Positions 51,351-60,942 of a DNA stretch of 64,000 bases are shown one piece after another. How positions within the stretch are numbered: the first letter of the stretch is position 1; every line of letters begins with the position of its first letter. This stretch comes from Rhodoblastus sp. (GTDB lineage Bacteria > Pseudomonadota > Alphaproteobacteria > Rhizobiales > Beijerinckiaceae). The notes under the pieces were generated by a model, which searched no databases, was not told where the DNA came from, and saw only the letters and a program-made list of their open reading frames with translations. Location: NCBI GenBank assembly GCA_047605445.1, contig JASGFP010000002.1, positions 25,483 to 89,482 on the forward strand. Direction: 5' to 3'. Position numbers and translations under genes: made by a program.

Positions 51351-51992
51351 TCACATCAGGTCATGCCGCCAGGAGACGCCTGAGCGGATCACACGCGCGG
51401 GAACCCCGGCCGCAAGGCTTTGCGCAGGAATGTCGCCCGTCACCACCGCCCGCGCGCCGACGATGCTGTCGGCGCCGATGCTGACGCCCTTCAGGATCAG
51501 CGCGCCTTCGCCCACCCAGACGTGCTCGGCCAGCCTGATGTCGCCAGCCGGATTGATGCGGCGGCCCGTGGCGGCGTCCACGATCGAATGCATGTCGCTG
51601 ATCGTGAAGTCCGATTGGCCGATCAGGCAATCCCGGCCGAACGAAATGGCGCCCGCCTCATGCATCAGCAGGCGCACCCGGCCGTTGAAGCCCGATCTGG
51701 CGCCGATCGTCACGAGATTGCCGCCGGCCGCGAAAATTTCGAGATGGCCGAGAATGCAATTGTCGCCGATCTCGACGTGAACATTGGGCCCGATGCGCAG
51801 GCGAAGCGTCGCCGAAACGCAGCGGCGTCCGAAGGTCACGGAGCTGTTGGCGCCCTCGAAGCGGATTTCGCCGGCGAGACCGGCCGTATCGCCGCGCACT
51901 TTGCTGCTGCCGGACTGGCCGACGACCGAGAGGACCATGTGATGCGCTACCCCGTGCCGGTCCGCTTTTTCACCTGAGGCCGGATTGGTCAA
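51351..51992 (-). CDS. hexapeptide-repeat (LbH) acetyl/acyltransferase
   Basis: Repeated [LIV]-G-x4 hexapeptide pattern (IGDNCILG, IGARSGFNG, VGEGALILKGVSIGADSIVGARAVV). ATG 51938 is an alternative start. Confidence 0.75.
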   Translation of the reverse strand: MTNPASGEKADRHGVAHHMVLSVVGQSGSSKVRGDTAGLAGEIRFEGANSSVTFGRRCVSATLRLRIGPNVHVEIGDNCILGHLEIFAAGGNLVTIGARSGFNGRVRLLMHEAGAISFGRDCLIGQSDFTISDMHSIVDAATGRRINPAGDIRLAEHVWVGEGALILKGVSIGADSIVGARAVVTGDIPAQSLAAGVPARVIRSGVSWRHDLM

Positions 51993-52117
51993 GCAAAAGA
52001 CGGCCGCCCGGCAGGCGGGAAATTGTGCGTTGCGGCCATTGCATGTTATCTGCCGCCACGCCCGGGCGGGCTCCCCGGAGCCCGCAGCCGAAACGCCGAA
52101 CCGACAGGAGCGCCCCG

Positions 52118-53035
52118 ATGCAGATCATGATTACCGGAGGTTGCGGCTTCGTCGGGGTGAACCTCGCCCGCAAGCTCGTCGGCCGCCCGGGCGTGCGCGT
52201 GCGCGTGTTCGACAACGAATCGCTCGGCAAGCGCGAACATCTCGAAGGCGTCGAATGCGAGTTCATTCACGGCGATATCCGCGATCGCGCCGCGCTCGAC
52301 GCGGCGTTGAAGGGCGTGGATACGGTGGTGCATCTGGCCGCCGACACGCGGGTGATGGATTCGATCGCCGACCCCGTGTTCAACTTCAAGGCGAATGTCG
52401 AAGGCTCGCTCAACCTGCTGGAGGCGATGCGCGCCGCCAAGGTCGGGCGGCTCGTCAACGCCTCGACCGGCGGCGCAATCATCGGCGCGGCTATCGGCGC
52501 GGTGAACGAGAAAATGGTCGCCGCGCCCATGTCGCCCTATGGCGCCTCGAAACTGGCGGTCGAGGGCTATTGCTCGGCCTATAGCGAAAGCTATGGCGTC
52601 CGCTCTGTTTCCCTGCGCTTCTCGAACGTGTTCGGCCCGCAATCCTACCACAAGGGCAGCGTCGTCGCCGCTTTCCTGAAGCAGATCCTGCAGGGCAAGC
52701 CGCTGATCGTCTACGGCGACGGCAGCCAGGTGCGCGATTATGTATTCGTCGGCGATCTCTGCGAGGGCATTCTGCGCGGCATCGAGTCGGACGTGACGGG
52801 CCCGGTGCAGCTCGGCTCCGGCATCGGCCTGACACTGAACGATCTCATCGCCGAAATGCGCGAGGTCGTCGCGCCGCGCACGTTCGAGGTCGACTACCGC
52901 CCATTCCGCGCCGGGGAAGTGCACACGACCTTCTGCGACATAACGAAAGCGCGCGAGGTGCTGGGCTTCGATCCGCGCACCAGCCTGCGCGACGGGTTGC
53001 GCCAGACCTGGGAGTGGTTCAACCGCCGCGGATAG
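52118..53035 (+). CDS. NAD-dependent sugar epimerase/dehydratase (UDP-hexose 4-epimerase-like)
   Basis: AGGAG upstream of ATG 52118. Begins MQIMITGGCGFVGVNL and has YGASKLAVE (YxxxK). Confidence 0.8.
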   Translation: MQIMITGGCGFVGVNLARKLVGRPGVRVRVFDNESLGKREHLEGVECEFIHGDIRDRAALDAALKGVDTVVHLAADTRVMDSIADPVFNFKANVEGSLNLLEAMRAAKVGRLVNASTGGAIIGAAIGAVNEKMVAAPMSPYGASKLAVEGYCSAYSESYGVRSVSLRFSNVFGPQSYHKGSVVAAFLKQILQGKPLIVYGDGSQVRDYVFVGDLCEGILRGIESDVTGPVQLGSGIGLTLNDLIAEMREVVAPRTFEVDYRPFRAGEVHTTFCDITKAREVLGFDPRTSLRDGLRQTWEWFNRRG

Positions 53036-53042
53036 GAGCCCC

Positions 53043-54524
53043 ATGCCGCTCGCCAAGCTCGGGGCGACATTATCCCGCGTCCCCGGCCTGTTTCTTACCT
53101 TCGTGCTGGAGCGCACCCTGTTCCTGCGCGCTGAGGTTCTCCAGCGCGCGGCCGACGCGCTGCTCGCCCGACGGCGCGCCGAGGTCGCGCCCGTATTCGA
53201 GCCGGCCTTCTATCTCGGCCAGATCGGCCATCCGGTCCGCCGCTTGCGCGCCGCTCGGGCGCCCCTGCTCCATTATCTGCTGATCGGCTGGCGTGAGCAG
53301 CGTTCGCCGACGCCCGATTTCGACGCCGTCCATGCGCGCAGAAGGCTGGCGACGCCGTTCTGGCGCGACGCCTATTCGGACTGGCTCAGGCTCCCTCCCC
53401 CGCGTCCGCCGCGAAGCGAGTTCGAGGAAGCGCATCCCGACGTCGCGGCGCCCGGCGCCGACGCTCCGATCGCGCTTGTATTCAACCATGCGCGCGGCGG
53501 CGGTTCGACCCGCTTTCTCGGCATCTACGAAAACGGGATAATCGCGCGTGGCGTGTGGCCCGTCCGATTGCGTCGACTCACCGGGCGCAGGGCCATTCTG
53601 GTCAGCCCGCTGCCGGGCGGGCGCAGCGTCGTCGCGGATGCTTCCGAGAGTCTCGACACTGTCGCGCACCAGATGCGCGGGCGCGAGATCGACCACATTC
53701 TCGTCAACCACACAGTCGACCACCCGGACGGACTGATCGAATGGATTCCCGCGCTCGCCCGCGATTTCGGCGCGCCCTACGACGTCTTTCTCCATGATTA
53801 TTTCACCGTCTGCCCGCGGATCAATCTGATCGACGACGAGAACAGGTTCTGCGACGTCGCGCCCGTCGAGCGCTGCATGACCTGCGTCGCCAGCGCCGGC
53901 AGCGACGCCGAGGGGGCCGATGTCGGCGGCTGGCGCGAACGGCACATACGATTTCTGGCAGGCGCGCGGCGCGTCATGGCGCCCTCGCAGGATGCGCGGC
54001 GCCGGCTCGAACCGCTGGTCGGCCGCGCGCTGGATGTGATGGAGCCGGAAGACGAGGCGCGTCCGCCTCCGCCGCCCGCGCGGCCACGTTCCGGCCCACC
54101 ACGAATTGTTTCGATCGGCGCGTTGTCGCAGGCCAAGGGGGCCTCGGTCCTCGAAGCGCTGGCGCAGTCGAACGCCGCCCTGCAATCGCCGCTCTCCCTC
54201 GCGCTTATAGGGCCCGCCATCAATGCCGCGCGTCTGCGTCGCGCAGGCGTCGATGTGACGGGCGTCTATCTCGAAGACGATCTCGACGCGCTGATCCGCG
54301 CGCAGGCGCCCGACGCCTTCTTCTTTCCTGCAATCTGGCCCGAGACGTGGTCCTTCACACTCACGCGCGCGCTAGAAACCGGCTTGCCGGCGATCGTCTT
54401 CGACATAGGCGCGCCGGCGGAGCGGTTGCGGCGGCTCGGCCGGGAAGACTGGATTCTGCCGCTCGACATGGTCGGGCGCCCACAGGCGACGATCGAGGCC
54501 CTCGCGCAAATCGCGCGCGGCTGA
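53043..54524 (+). CDS. glycosyltransferase (GT-B, GT4-like C-terminal half) with about 130-aa N-terminal extension
   Basis: 493 aa. The N-terminus has the FEPAFYL...PLLHYLLIGWREQRSPTPDFD module common in polysaccharide GTs. The C-terminus (IGALSQAKGASVLEAL...FPAIWPETWSFTLTRALETGLPAIVFDIGA) resembles the GT-B sugar-donor domain. Confidence 0.65.
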   Translation: MPLAKLGATLSRVPGLFLTFVLERTLFLRAEVLQRAADALLARRRAEVAPVFEPAFYLGQIGHPVRRLRAARAPLLHYLLIGWREQRSPTPDFDAVHARRRLATPFWRDAYSDWLRLPPPRPPRSEFEEAHPDVAAPGADAPIALVFNHARGGGSTRFLGIYENGIIARGVWPVRLRRLTGRRAILVSPLPGGRSVVADASESLDTVAHQMRGREIDHILVNHTVDHPDGLIEWIPALARDFGAPYDVFLHDYFTVCPRINLIDDENRFCDVAPVERCMTCVASAGSDAEGADVGGWRERHIRFLAGARRVMAPSQDARRRLEPLVGRALDVMEPEDEARPPPPPARPRSGPPRIVSIGALSQAKGASVLEALAQSNAALQSPLSLALIGPAINAARLRRAGVDVTGVYLEDDLDALIRAQAPDAFFFPAIWPETWSFTLTRALETGLPAIVFDIGAPAERLRRLGREDWILPLDMVGRPQATIEALAQIARG

Positions 54525-54531
54525 CAGGTTT

Positions 54532-56328
54532 TCAGAATTCGAGCATCGCGGCTTGCGCGAGCCGCGCCAGGATCGCGCCATCGTAAGCCTCGCCGAAATG
54601 ATCGAAAACGAGTCGCCGCGGGCTGCGCCTGTCGAACTTCTGCCAGACCGGCGCGGCGTCGACGGGGCGGCGGCGATAGCGGTAGGCGGGCTTTTGCAGC
54701 ACGCCGATCCGCAGGCCCGCCGCCTGCGCGCGCGCCAGCAGCAGCCAGTCGGGCGAGGGATAGGGCGCGCCGAGTTCGAGATAGCCGCCGAGCGCCTGCA
54801 AGGTTTCGCGGCGGAAGGCCATGCAGGTGTCGCCGAAAGCGTTGAAGAACAGGCCTGCGCTGCGGGCGTGGCCGATGAACGAGAGATGCGGGCCGTCCGC
54901 TCCGTCATCGTCGAACATGGCGAGATTGCTGACGACGACGTCGAATGCGCCGGACGCGCAGGCGCGCCGCATGCGCGCGAGGCCGTGCGGCGTGAACATG
55001 TTGTCATCATCGAGAAAGACGACGAAGTCGTTACGCGCCGCTCGGATGGCGTGGTTGTAGGCCTCGGGCAAGGGTTGGCCGACGTCCGTGCGAACGATCC
55101 TCGCGACGCCCTCGTTCTCGAGGCGCGCGATCAACGCATGCGATTGCGGCAGGCGGCTCGCATTGTCGACGATGATCGTCTCGACATCGCTCGCCGCGGC
55201 TTCGTCCCGAAAACTGGCCAGAGCCGTTTCGAGCAGGTCAGGCCGGTCGAAATGAAGCATGCAGAGGCTGATCGACGGCAAGGCCGGCGTTGTGGCGACA
55301 GGCGTCGGCGCGCCGATCGCCGCGAGCGCTTCGCTCCAGCCGTCCTTTGCGGGATCGGAACTGCCGCCAGTATCTCGGTCGCCGAGCGCTTTCTCGATAG
55401 ACGCGCTCCAGCCCTGCGAACCGCCGCGCAGCGGCGCGACGACGACGTTCGGCGCCGCCACGAGCCAGTCGGGCAGTTCGAGTTCGTCCCGCCCCCCGAC
55501 GACAAAGATCCTGTTCCGCTGCGCAACGAGTTGCGCGGCCTGCGCGTCGGAACGAACCTCGATCACGCGGTGCGGGAAAGTCCAGCGCCGCGTGCGCAGA
55601 TCGAGCCAGCGCGCGCCCTCGACCGAAGCAGGATCGCCCGCGCACGTGACGAAAGCGACTTCGCCGATCGTCGACGAATCGCGCTTCCACAGCCGCTCCA
55701 CCGTCTCGACGAAGGCGAAGAGGCCGAAGCGCTGGGCGAGCGGACCGACGAAGGCCACACGCGCGGCCTCTGGCGGGAGCGATTGCCGTTCGGGCGTCGA
55801 CTGCGGCGACGCGACAAGCGAGGCTGGCGGCGTCCGCGCGCCGGGCAATTCCGCGAGCGCAAGCAATTGGCGGGAGGAAGCGATCAGATGGTCGGCATGG
55901 TCGAGGCAGACGCGCTCCATGGCGTCGGCCACGAGATGTCGGAGGGATTCGTCTGCGGAGAAGTCGCAATCGAGGATGAAGTCGCGCGCGGCGCCATCGC
56001 ACCAGAGTGCGACCTTGAGCGCAAACGGCAATTCCCCGCAGGCGCGCGCCATGAGAATTCCATGCGCTATTCCGCCACGCAACGGACAGACGACCAGATC
56101 GGCAGGCGCAGACAAGGCCGCAAGCGCGCGCGCCGACGCGATCAGCGGCGCGACATCGCCCTCCCGCTCAGCGCCGGCGACAATCGTCGGCCCCGGCGCG
56201 CGGACCGACACGGTCAGCAGCCGCGTCTCGTGACCGAGGGACGCGAGGCGTTCGGCGACCGGCGCGAACCGGTTCGCCACGCGCGGCCAGGACTCATCGC
56301 CATCCCGGTCGATGAAGGCGATCCGCAT
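54532..56328 (-). CDS. two-module glycosyltransferase (N-terminal GT-B-like + C-terminal GT2)
   Basis: 598 aa. The C-terminal GT2 signature is ISLCMLHFDRPDLLETAL...IIVDNAS...FLDDDNMF (the DxD). Confidence 0.7.
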   Translation of the reverse strand: MRIAFIDRDGDESWPRVANRFAPVAERLASLGHETRLLTVSVRAPGPTIVAGAEREGDVAPLIASARALAALSAPADLVVCPLRGGIAHGILMARACGELPFALKVALWCDGAARDFILDCDFSADESLRHLVADAMERVCLDHADHLIASSRQLLALAELPGARTPPASLVASPQSTPERQSLPPEAARVAFVGPLAQRFGLFAFVETVERLWKRDSSTIGEVAFVTCAGDPASVEGARWLDLRTRRWTFPHRVIEVRSDAQAAQLVAQRNRIFVVGGRDELELPDWLVAAPNVVVAPLRGGSQGWSASIEKALGDRDTGGSSDPAKDGWSEALAAIGAPTPVATTPALPSISLCMLHFDRPDLLETALASFRDEAAASDVETIIVDNASRLPQSHALIARLENEGVARIVRTDVGQPLPEAYNHAIRAARNDFVVFLDDDNMFTPHGLARMRRACASGAFDVVVSNLAMFDDDGADGPHLSFIGHARSAGLFFNAFGDTCMAFRRETLQALGGYLELGAPYPSPDWLLLARAQAAGLRIGVLQKPAYRYRRRPVDAAPVWQKFDRRSPRRLVFDHFGEAYDGAILARLAQAAMLEF

Positions 56329-56765
56329 CAGTTTCGCTCCGCGCCCATTGCGGCGGCAGGGCCAGCGCCTCGCGCCGACGACCGCGACAGGTCGATATCT
56401 GCGCCGGAAATCTCGATGGCGAAATCGGCGGCTTCAAGCCGCACCAGCCCTTGCGGCAGACGGGCGACGGACAATGAGAAGCCGCAATAGCCGTCGGATT
56501 GTTGGTAGGCGCGATCGACATCGACGCGATAGAGGTCGGCCAATGTGCTCGCGACCGGAGCGCCGTCAACCCTGGCTACGATCGACAGTCGGCGTCGCGG
56601 CGACAGTGTCGAGAAAGCCCAGCCCGAAATGCGGCCGTCCGACACGGCGTCGACCCAGCCGATCACATGCGAATCCGGATAGCGCGGCGGCGGTTGTTCG
56701 TCTCCGCGCGACCCGATGAGTCCGATGCGGCGAAGAAGGCCGACGAAACGCGTCCGAACGATCAA
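56328..56765 (-). CDS. hypothetical protein, glycan-cluster associated
   Basis: The stop overlaps the downstream GT start by 1 nt. It contains the VIGWVDAVSDGRISGWAF module seen at the N-termini of some polysaccharide-modifying enzymes. The start is uncertain: TTG 56765 is proposed, and ATG 56864 would overlap the divergent gene. Confidence 0.45.
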   Translation of the reverse strand: MIVRTRFVGLLRRIGLIGSRGDEQPPPRYPDSHVIGWVDAVSDGRISGWAFSTLSPRRRLSIVARVDGAPVASTLADLYRVDVDRAYQQSDGYCGFSLSVARLPQGLVRLEAADFAIEISGADIDLSRSSARGAGPAAAMGAERN

Positions 56766-56912
56766 ACCAGAACGCCTCTCCGTTTGCGCATGCGGCGCGG
56801 CCGGAAACTTGCCACCGCCCCTCCTGCATGCTGTATGCGCCCTATCCGGATGATCGGCGGCCACGAGCGCAACTCATATCATCGGCCCGGCCGGCGCAAG
56901 CCTGGAAACAGC

Positions 56913-58007
56913 GTGTCGACAAACGTCCTCATCGAAATTTCCGGACATGGCTTCGGCCACCTCATGCAGATCATGCCGGTGGCTGCGGCGCTGCAGAAGC
57001 GCCTCCCGGACTTCGAGATTTCGGTTCGCTCCAGCCTTGCGCCCGAACGCCTCCGGCACGAGGTCGCGAAGTTCGGACGCTTTCAAGTCCATTGCGACGC
57101 GGCGCCGGATTTTCATCCGCGCATGAGGAATTCCTATTCGGTCGATACCGGCGCGACGATCGAGGCCTGCCGAGGCGCCTTCGACGCGTTCGAAACCCTG
57201 GTCGCCGCCGAGCAGCATTTTCTGGACCGCGGCGGGTTCGATCTCGTCGTGTCCGACATTTCCCCTCTTCCGCTTGCCGCGGCGCAACGGTCGGGCGTTC
57301 CCAACGTCGCGCTGTGCTCGCTGGACTGGGCGGCGACGCTGGCCTTCATTCCCGATCTCGCGGCTCCGCTTCAGGACGTGATCGAGCGGCTGCGGGGCAT
57401 TTACAACGAGTGCGACCTGTTCCTTCGGCCGGCGCCGCATATCGGATGCGCGGGCGCGTCGAATTGCCGGCCCCTCGGCCATATCGCGCGCATCGGAGCC
57501 AACCGGCGCGGAGAGATCGGCGCGGCGTTCGGCATAGATCCGGACGCACGCCTCGTGATGGTTTCGAGCGGCGGCATGGACGGATTTCCATTCGCCATCG
57601 ACATTCCGAAACGCGCCGGCCTGTTCTGGGTTCTGCCGGACGGCCTCGGCGCGCCGGCTGCGGATCGCCAGCCGGTCTCAGCCCTCGCGCGATGGGCCTA
57701 TATCGACATCCTCGCCTCGCTGGACGTTCTAGTCGCCAAACCCGGCTACGGGTTGATCGTCGAGGCGGTCGCCAACGGCGTTCCGGTCGCCTCGCTCGAA
57801 CGCAACGGCTGGGTCGATGTCGCCTCTCTGGAAGCGTGGGGCGGCGAACACGGCGCGCTGTGTCGCATCGGCATGGCCGATATCCGAACGGGCGCATGGG
57901 CCGCGGACGTCGAGCGGCTTGCGTGGGGAGTGCGCCCGAAGCCTTATCCACCGACCGGCGCCGAAGAGGCGGTCGAGCGTATCGCTTCCCTGCTCCAGCC
58001 GGCCTGA
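56913..58007 (+). CDS. GT-B glycosyltransferase (MurG/GT28-like)
   Basis: The N-terminus VLIEISGHGFGHLMQ is a Gly-rich GT-B loop, and the C-terminus has VLVAKPGYGLIVEAVANGVPV. Start is GTG 56913 or ATG 56850. Confidence 0.55.
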   Translation: MSTNVLIEISGHGFGHLMQIMPVAAALQKRLPDFEISVRSSLAPERLRHEVAKFGRFQVHCDAAPDFHPRMRNSYSVDTGATIEACRGAFDAFETLVAAEQHFLDRGGFDLVVSDISPLPLAAAQRSGVPNVALCSLDWAATLAFIPDLAAPLQDVIERLRGIYNECDLFLRPAPHIGCAGASNCRPLGHIARIGANRRGEIGAAFGIDPDARLVMVSSGGMDGFPFAIDIPKRAGLFWVLPDGLGAPAADRQPVSALARWAYIDILASLDVLVAKPGYGLIVEAVANGVPVASLERNGWVDVASLEAWGGEHGALCRIGMADIRTGAWAADVERLAWGVRPKPYPPTGAEEAVERIASLLQPA

Positions 58008-58009
58008 TC

Positions 58010-59107
58010 TCACGCCGTCTCGATCGGCAGGCCAAGCGATGCCGCCACATCGCGAAGCGCGTGCGGCGCTGCGGCGTCCCGCGCGAAGCGCAGGCGCGAA
58101 ACGCCGAGGCGGACCAGTTGCTGGCGAATGCTCGCCGGCGGCTCGTCCGCCACGAATGGCCGCAGATTCGGCAAGGGCGCGCCGGAGGCGAAGGCAAGCC
58201 GCCACCGCTTGCGTCCGTCGCGCCGAAGATGAAGCGCCGCCGTCTCGTCGGCGCCGGCGGCATCGCCCACGATCAGGAGACCGCCCCCTGAACCGCGCGC
58301 GCGCCGCGCGTCGATCTCGGCGCGGAGCGGCGCGAGCGGACTGCGGCGCAGGAAGTCGCCGACCATGCCCGGATAGTGCGGGTGAAGTTCGCGCAACAGG
58401 TCCTGCGCCCGCGCCGCGAGGCTTTCGCGCTCGCCCTTGAACGAGGAGGCGCCGCGATGCCAGGAAAAGACATTGCAGGCGGCGACATTCTTCCAGCCGC
58501 GCGCGAGCGCCCGCATGCAGAAGTCGTTTTCCTCGCCGTAGCCCCGGCCGAAGCGCGCGGCGTCGAAAGGCCCGACCTGCGCGAGGCAGGCGCGCCTGAT
58601 CGTCATGCAGAAGCCGACCGCCGTAGGTATCTCTACGGGGTCGGCGTCGATACGCGCACAGATTTCGTCGATCTCGCGCCAGTCCGTTTCGAGCGCGTCG
58701 GCATTGTCGACGCAATCGAGAGGGTAGCTCAGGATGGTCGCCGCATTCGACATGGGCGTGATCGTGCCGACGGCGGGGTCCTCACGCAGGATTCGCGACA
58801 GCCGGTCCAGCCAGTCGCCGAAGACGATCGCGTCGGAATTGAGCAGGACCACGTCGCGGTCGGGATGCATCGCCATGCCGCGATTGACCGTGCCGGAGAA
58901 GCCGAGATTTCCGGAATTGCGGACGATTTCGACCTTGGGGTGGGTCGCCAGATCGCCGGCGAACGCCGTGAAATTTTCCGGAGAGGCGTCGTCGATGACG
59001 ATCAGGCGGAAGTCCGCAAGATTTTGCGCGGCGAGCACGCTTTCCATCGCAGCGCGTGCATCGTGAAAGGCGCCATAGACCGGTACAATGATGTCGAACG
59101 GTTTCAC
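58010..59107 (-). CDS. family 2 glycosyltransferase (rhamnosyltransferase-like)
   Basis: GTG start. Begins MKPFDIIVPVYGAFHDARAAMESVLA, with LIVIDDASPE and LLNSDAIVF (DxD-like). Confidence 0.8.
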   Translation of the reverse strand: MKPFDIIVPVYGAFHDARAAMESVLAAQNLADFRLIVIDDASPENFTAFAGDLATHPKVEIVRNSGNLGFSGTVNRGMAMHPDRDVVLLNSDAIVFGDWLDRLSRILREDPAVGTITPMSNAATILSYPLDCVDNADALETDWREIDEICARIDADPVEIPTAVGFCMTIRRACLAQVGPFDAARFGRGYGEENDFCMRALARGWKNVAACNVFSWHRGASSFKGERESLAARAQDLLRELHPHYPGMVGDFLRRSPLAPLRAEIDARRARGSGGGLLIVGDAAGADETAALHLRRDGRKRWRLAFASGAPLPNLRPFVADEPPASIRQQLVRLGVSRLRFARDAAAPHALRDVAASLGLPIETA

Positions 59108-59122
59108 GACAACAACATTCTC

Positions 59123-59153
59123 AAAAAAAACGCCGGCGCCAAAGCGCCGGCGT
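59123..59153 (-). terminator. rho-independent terminator downstream of sqdB
   Basis: On the minus strand: ACGCCGGCGC-TTTG-GCGCCGGCGT (10-bp GC stem) followed by T8. It lies 29 nt after the sqdB stop. Confidence 0.85.
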
Positions 59154-59181
59154 CCTGTTCAGCGGACGTCGGGCCAATCTG

Positions 59182-60432
59182 TCAGCTTGGCTGGACATTC
59201 CAGTAGGAGACGCACGGAATTTTCGTCTTGTCCGCGCGATGCGCGAAGCGGCGCGCAATCTCCTGAACTTCGGTCATGAGGCCGTCGGCCAGCGTCGTCG
59301 GGTTGAGACCCAGCGCCAGGAACTGGCCGTTCTCGACCCGAAGCTCGTTTTCAGCGGCTTCGTTGCGGGGATTGTCGACCAGCTTGAACTGCGCGCCGGT
59401 CATCGCCGAGATGCGCTCGGCCAGATCGATCAGACGATGCGTTTCCGTCATCTGGTTGAGGATGCGCACGCGCTCATGGTTGGCCGGCGGGCTCTCGAGC
59501 GCGATCTGGATGCAGCGCACCGTGTCGCTGATATGGATGAACGCGCGGGTCTGGCCGCCGGTGCCGTGCACCGTCATCGGATATTCGAGCGCGGCCTGCA
59601 TGAGGAAGCGGTTTAGAACGGTGCCGTAGTCGCCATCGTAGTCGAAGCGATTGATGAGCCGCTCGTCGAGGCGGGTTTCCGCCGTCTGCGTCCCCCACAC
59701 GATGCCCTGATGCAGGTCGGTGACGCGCGTGCCGTGGTTCTTCGCGTAGAACTGGAAGAACAACTGATCCTGCGACTTGGTCATGTGGTAGATGCTGCCC
59801 GGATTGGTCGGGTACAGGATCTCGAGCGGCCTGCGCTCGCCTTCCACCGTCACCTCGATCGGCAGATAGCCCTCGGGAATCTTCAGGCCGGCCGTGCCGT
59901 AGCCGTAGACGCCCATCGTTCCCAGGTGGATGAGATGGCAGTCGGGAACCACTTCCGTGATGGCGCAGAGCACGTCATGGGTCGCAGTGAGGTTATTGCG
60001 GACCGTGTAGCGCTTTTCGGTGTGCGACTTCATCGAATAGGGCGCGGCGCGCTGTTCGGCGAAGTGAACGATTGCCTTGGGGCGCTTGGCGGCCAGAAGC
60101 GCCTTGAGCTCCTCGTAATCCTCGCCGAGCGTAAGATTGACGAAGCCGATCGTCTTGCCGGTGGCTTCCTTCCAGGCGTCCAGCCGATGCTGGATCGTTG
60201 CGATCGGGGTCAGGGAATCGACGCCAAGATCAATGTCGATCTTGCGGCGCGAAAGGTTGTCGACGATCGTAACGTCGTAGCCGAGTTTCGAAAGGCGGAG
60301 GGCGGTCGGCCATCCGCAGAACCCGTCGCCACCGAGAACCAGCACGTTCTCCGATTTCGAATCTGATCCGTTCTTCACTGAGCTTCCTATCGCCGATTGA
60401 TTAGGGGCGCCATTGCTGACGGGACGCGCCAC
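59182..60432 (-). CDS. sqdB: UDP-sulfoquinovose synthase
   Basis: VLVLGGDGFCGWPTALRLS, IVDNLSRRKIDIDLGVDSLTPI, HFAEQRAAPYSM, HLGTMGVYGY, PGSIYHMTKSQD, TDLHQGIVWGT, NRFDYDGDYGTVLNRF and GGQTRAFIHI. This string of SqdB-specific blocks goes well beyond the generic SDR motifs. Confidence 0.88.
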   Translation of the reverse strand: MARPVSNGAPNQSAIGSSVKNGSDSKSENVLVLGGDGFCGWPTALRLSKLGYDVTIVDNLSRRKIDIDLGVDSLTPIATIQHRLDAWKEATGKTIGFVNLTLGEDYEELKALLAAKRPKAIVHFAEQRAAPYSMKSHTEKRYTVRNNLTATHDVLCAITEVVPDCHLIHLGTMGVYGYGTAGLKIPEGYLPIEVTVEGERRPLEILYPTNPGSIYHMTKSQDQLFFQFYAKNHGTRVTDLHQGIVWGTQTAETRLDERLINRFDYDGDYGTVLNRFLMQAALEYPMTVHGTGGQTRAFIHISDTVRCIQIALESPPANHERVRILNQMTETHRLIDLAERISAMTGAQFKLVDNPRNEAAENELRVENGQFLALGLNPTTLADGLMTEVQEIARRFAHRADKTKIPCVSYWNVQPS

Positions 60433-60942
60433 TCCATACTGACGTAGCGTGCGCGCTGCAAGACTTACCTAAGTCAGCTTTAGCATAGACTGCGTTTCGG
60501 CGGGCGCTTGGCGGATCCGGCAGCCCGAGGGTCTCGTCCGGCGCGACTCGCCTCGGCTCGCGCTTCCGCGTTCAACAGAACCCCAACGCCACCACGACGC
60601 AAGCTCATGAAATGGCTGCATAATATTGGGATCGGTAAACGAAAGCGCCCGCGGGCGCGCCGGAGGCCCGGATTGGGCCTCCTTCCTTCGCCGCGGTCTC
60701 GTCAGTGCCGGCGTCGCGGCGGATTTCTTTGCAGCGAAAGAATGGCTCAACTTGAGCAATATTGGTCAGGCGGCGCCCAAGTTCTGAAAAACCCGCTGAA
60801 ATATATGGGTTTTCGTCACCTGGATTTGGCAAAACGCATGACTGACATTGCGAAACCAGCAAGCCGTGGAGGCCGCCGCTCGATCTCATTTCCGTTCGCC
60901 GTGCGGCAGGGTAAGTAGGGTGCTTCCAGAGAGGGGAAGGAT

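Noticed and set aside
60508-60918. ORFs 60508-60918 (plus) and 60605-60889 (minus) in the sqdB/GT4 intergenic region.
   Set aside because: They show no G/C third-position bias, have Arg-rich junk-like sequence, and span GC hairpins. The region is treated as non-coding regulatory DNA.
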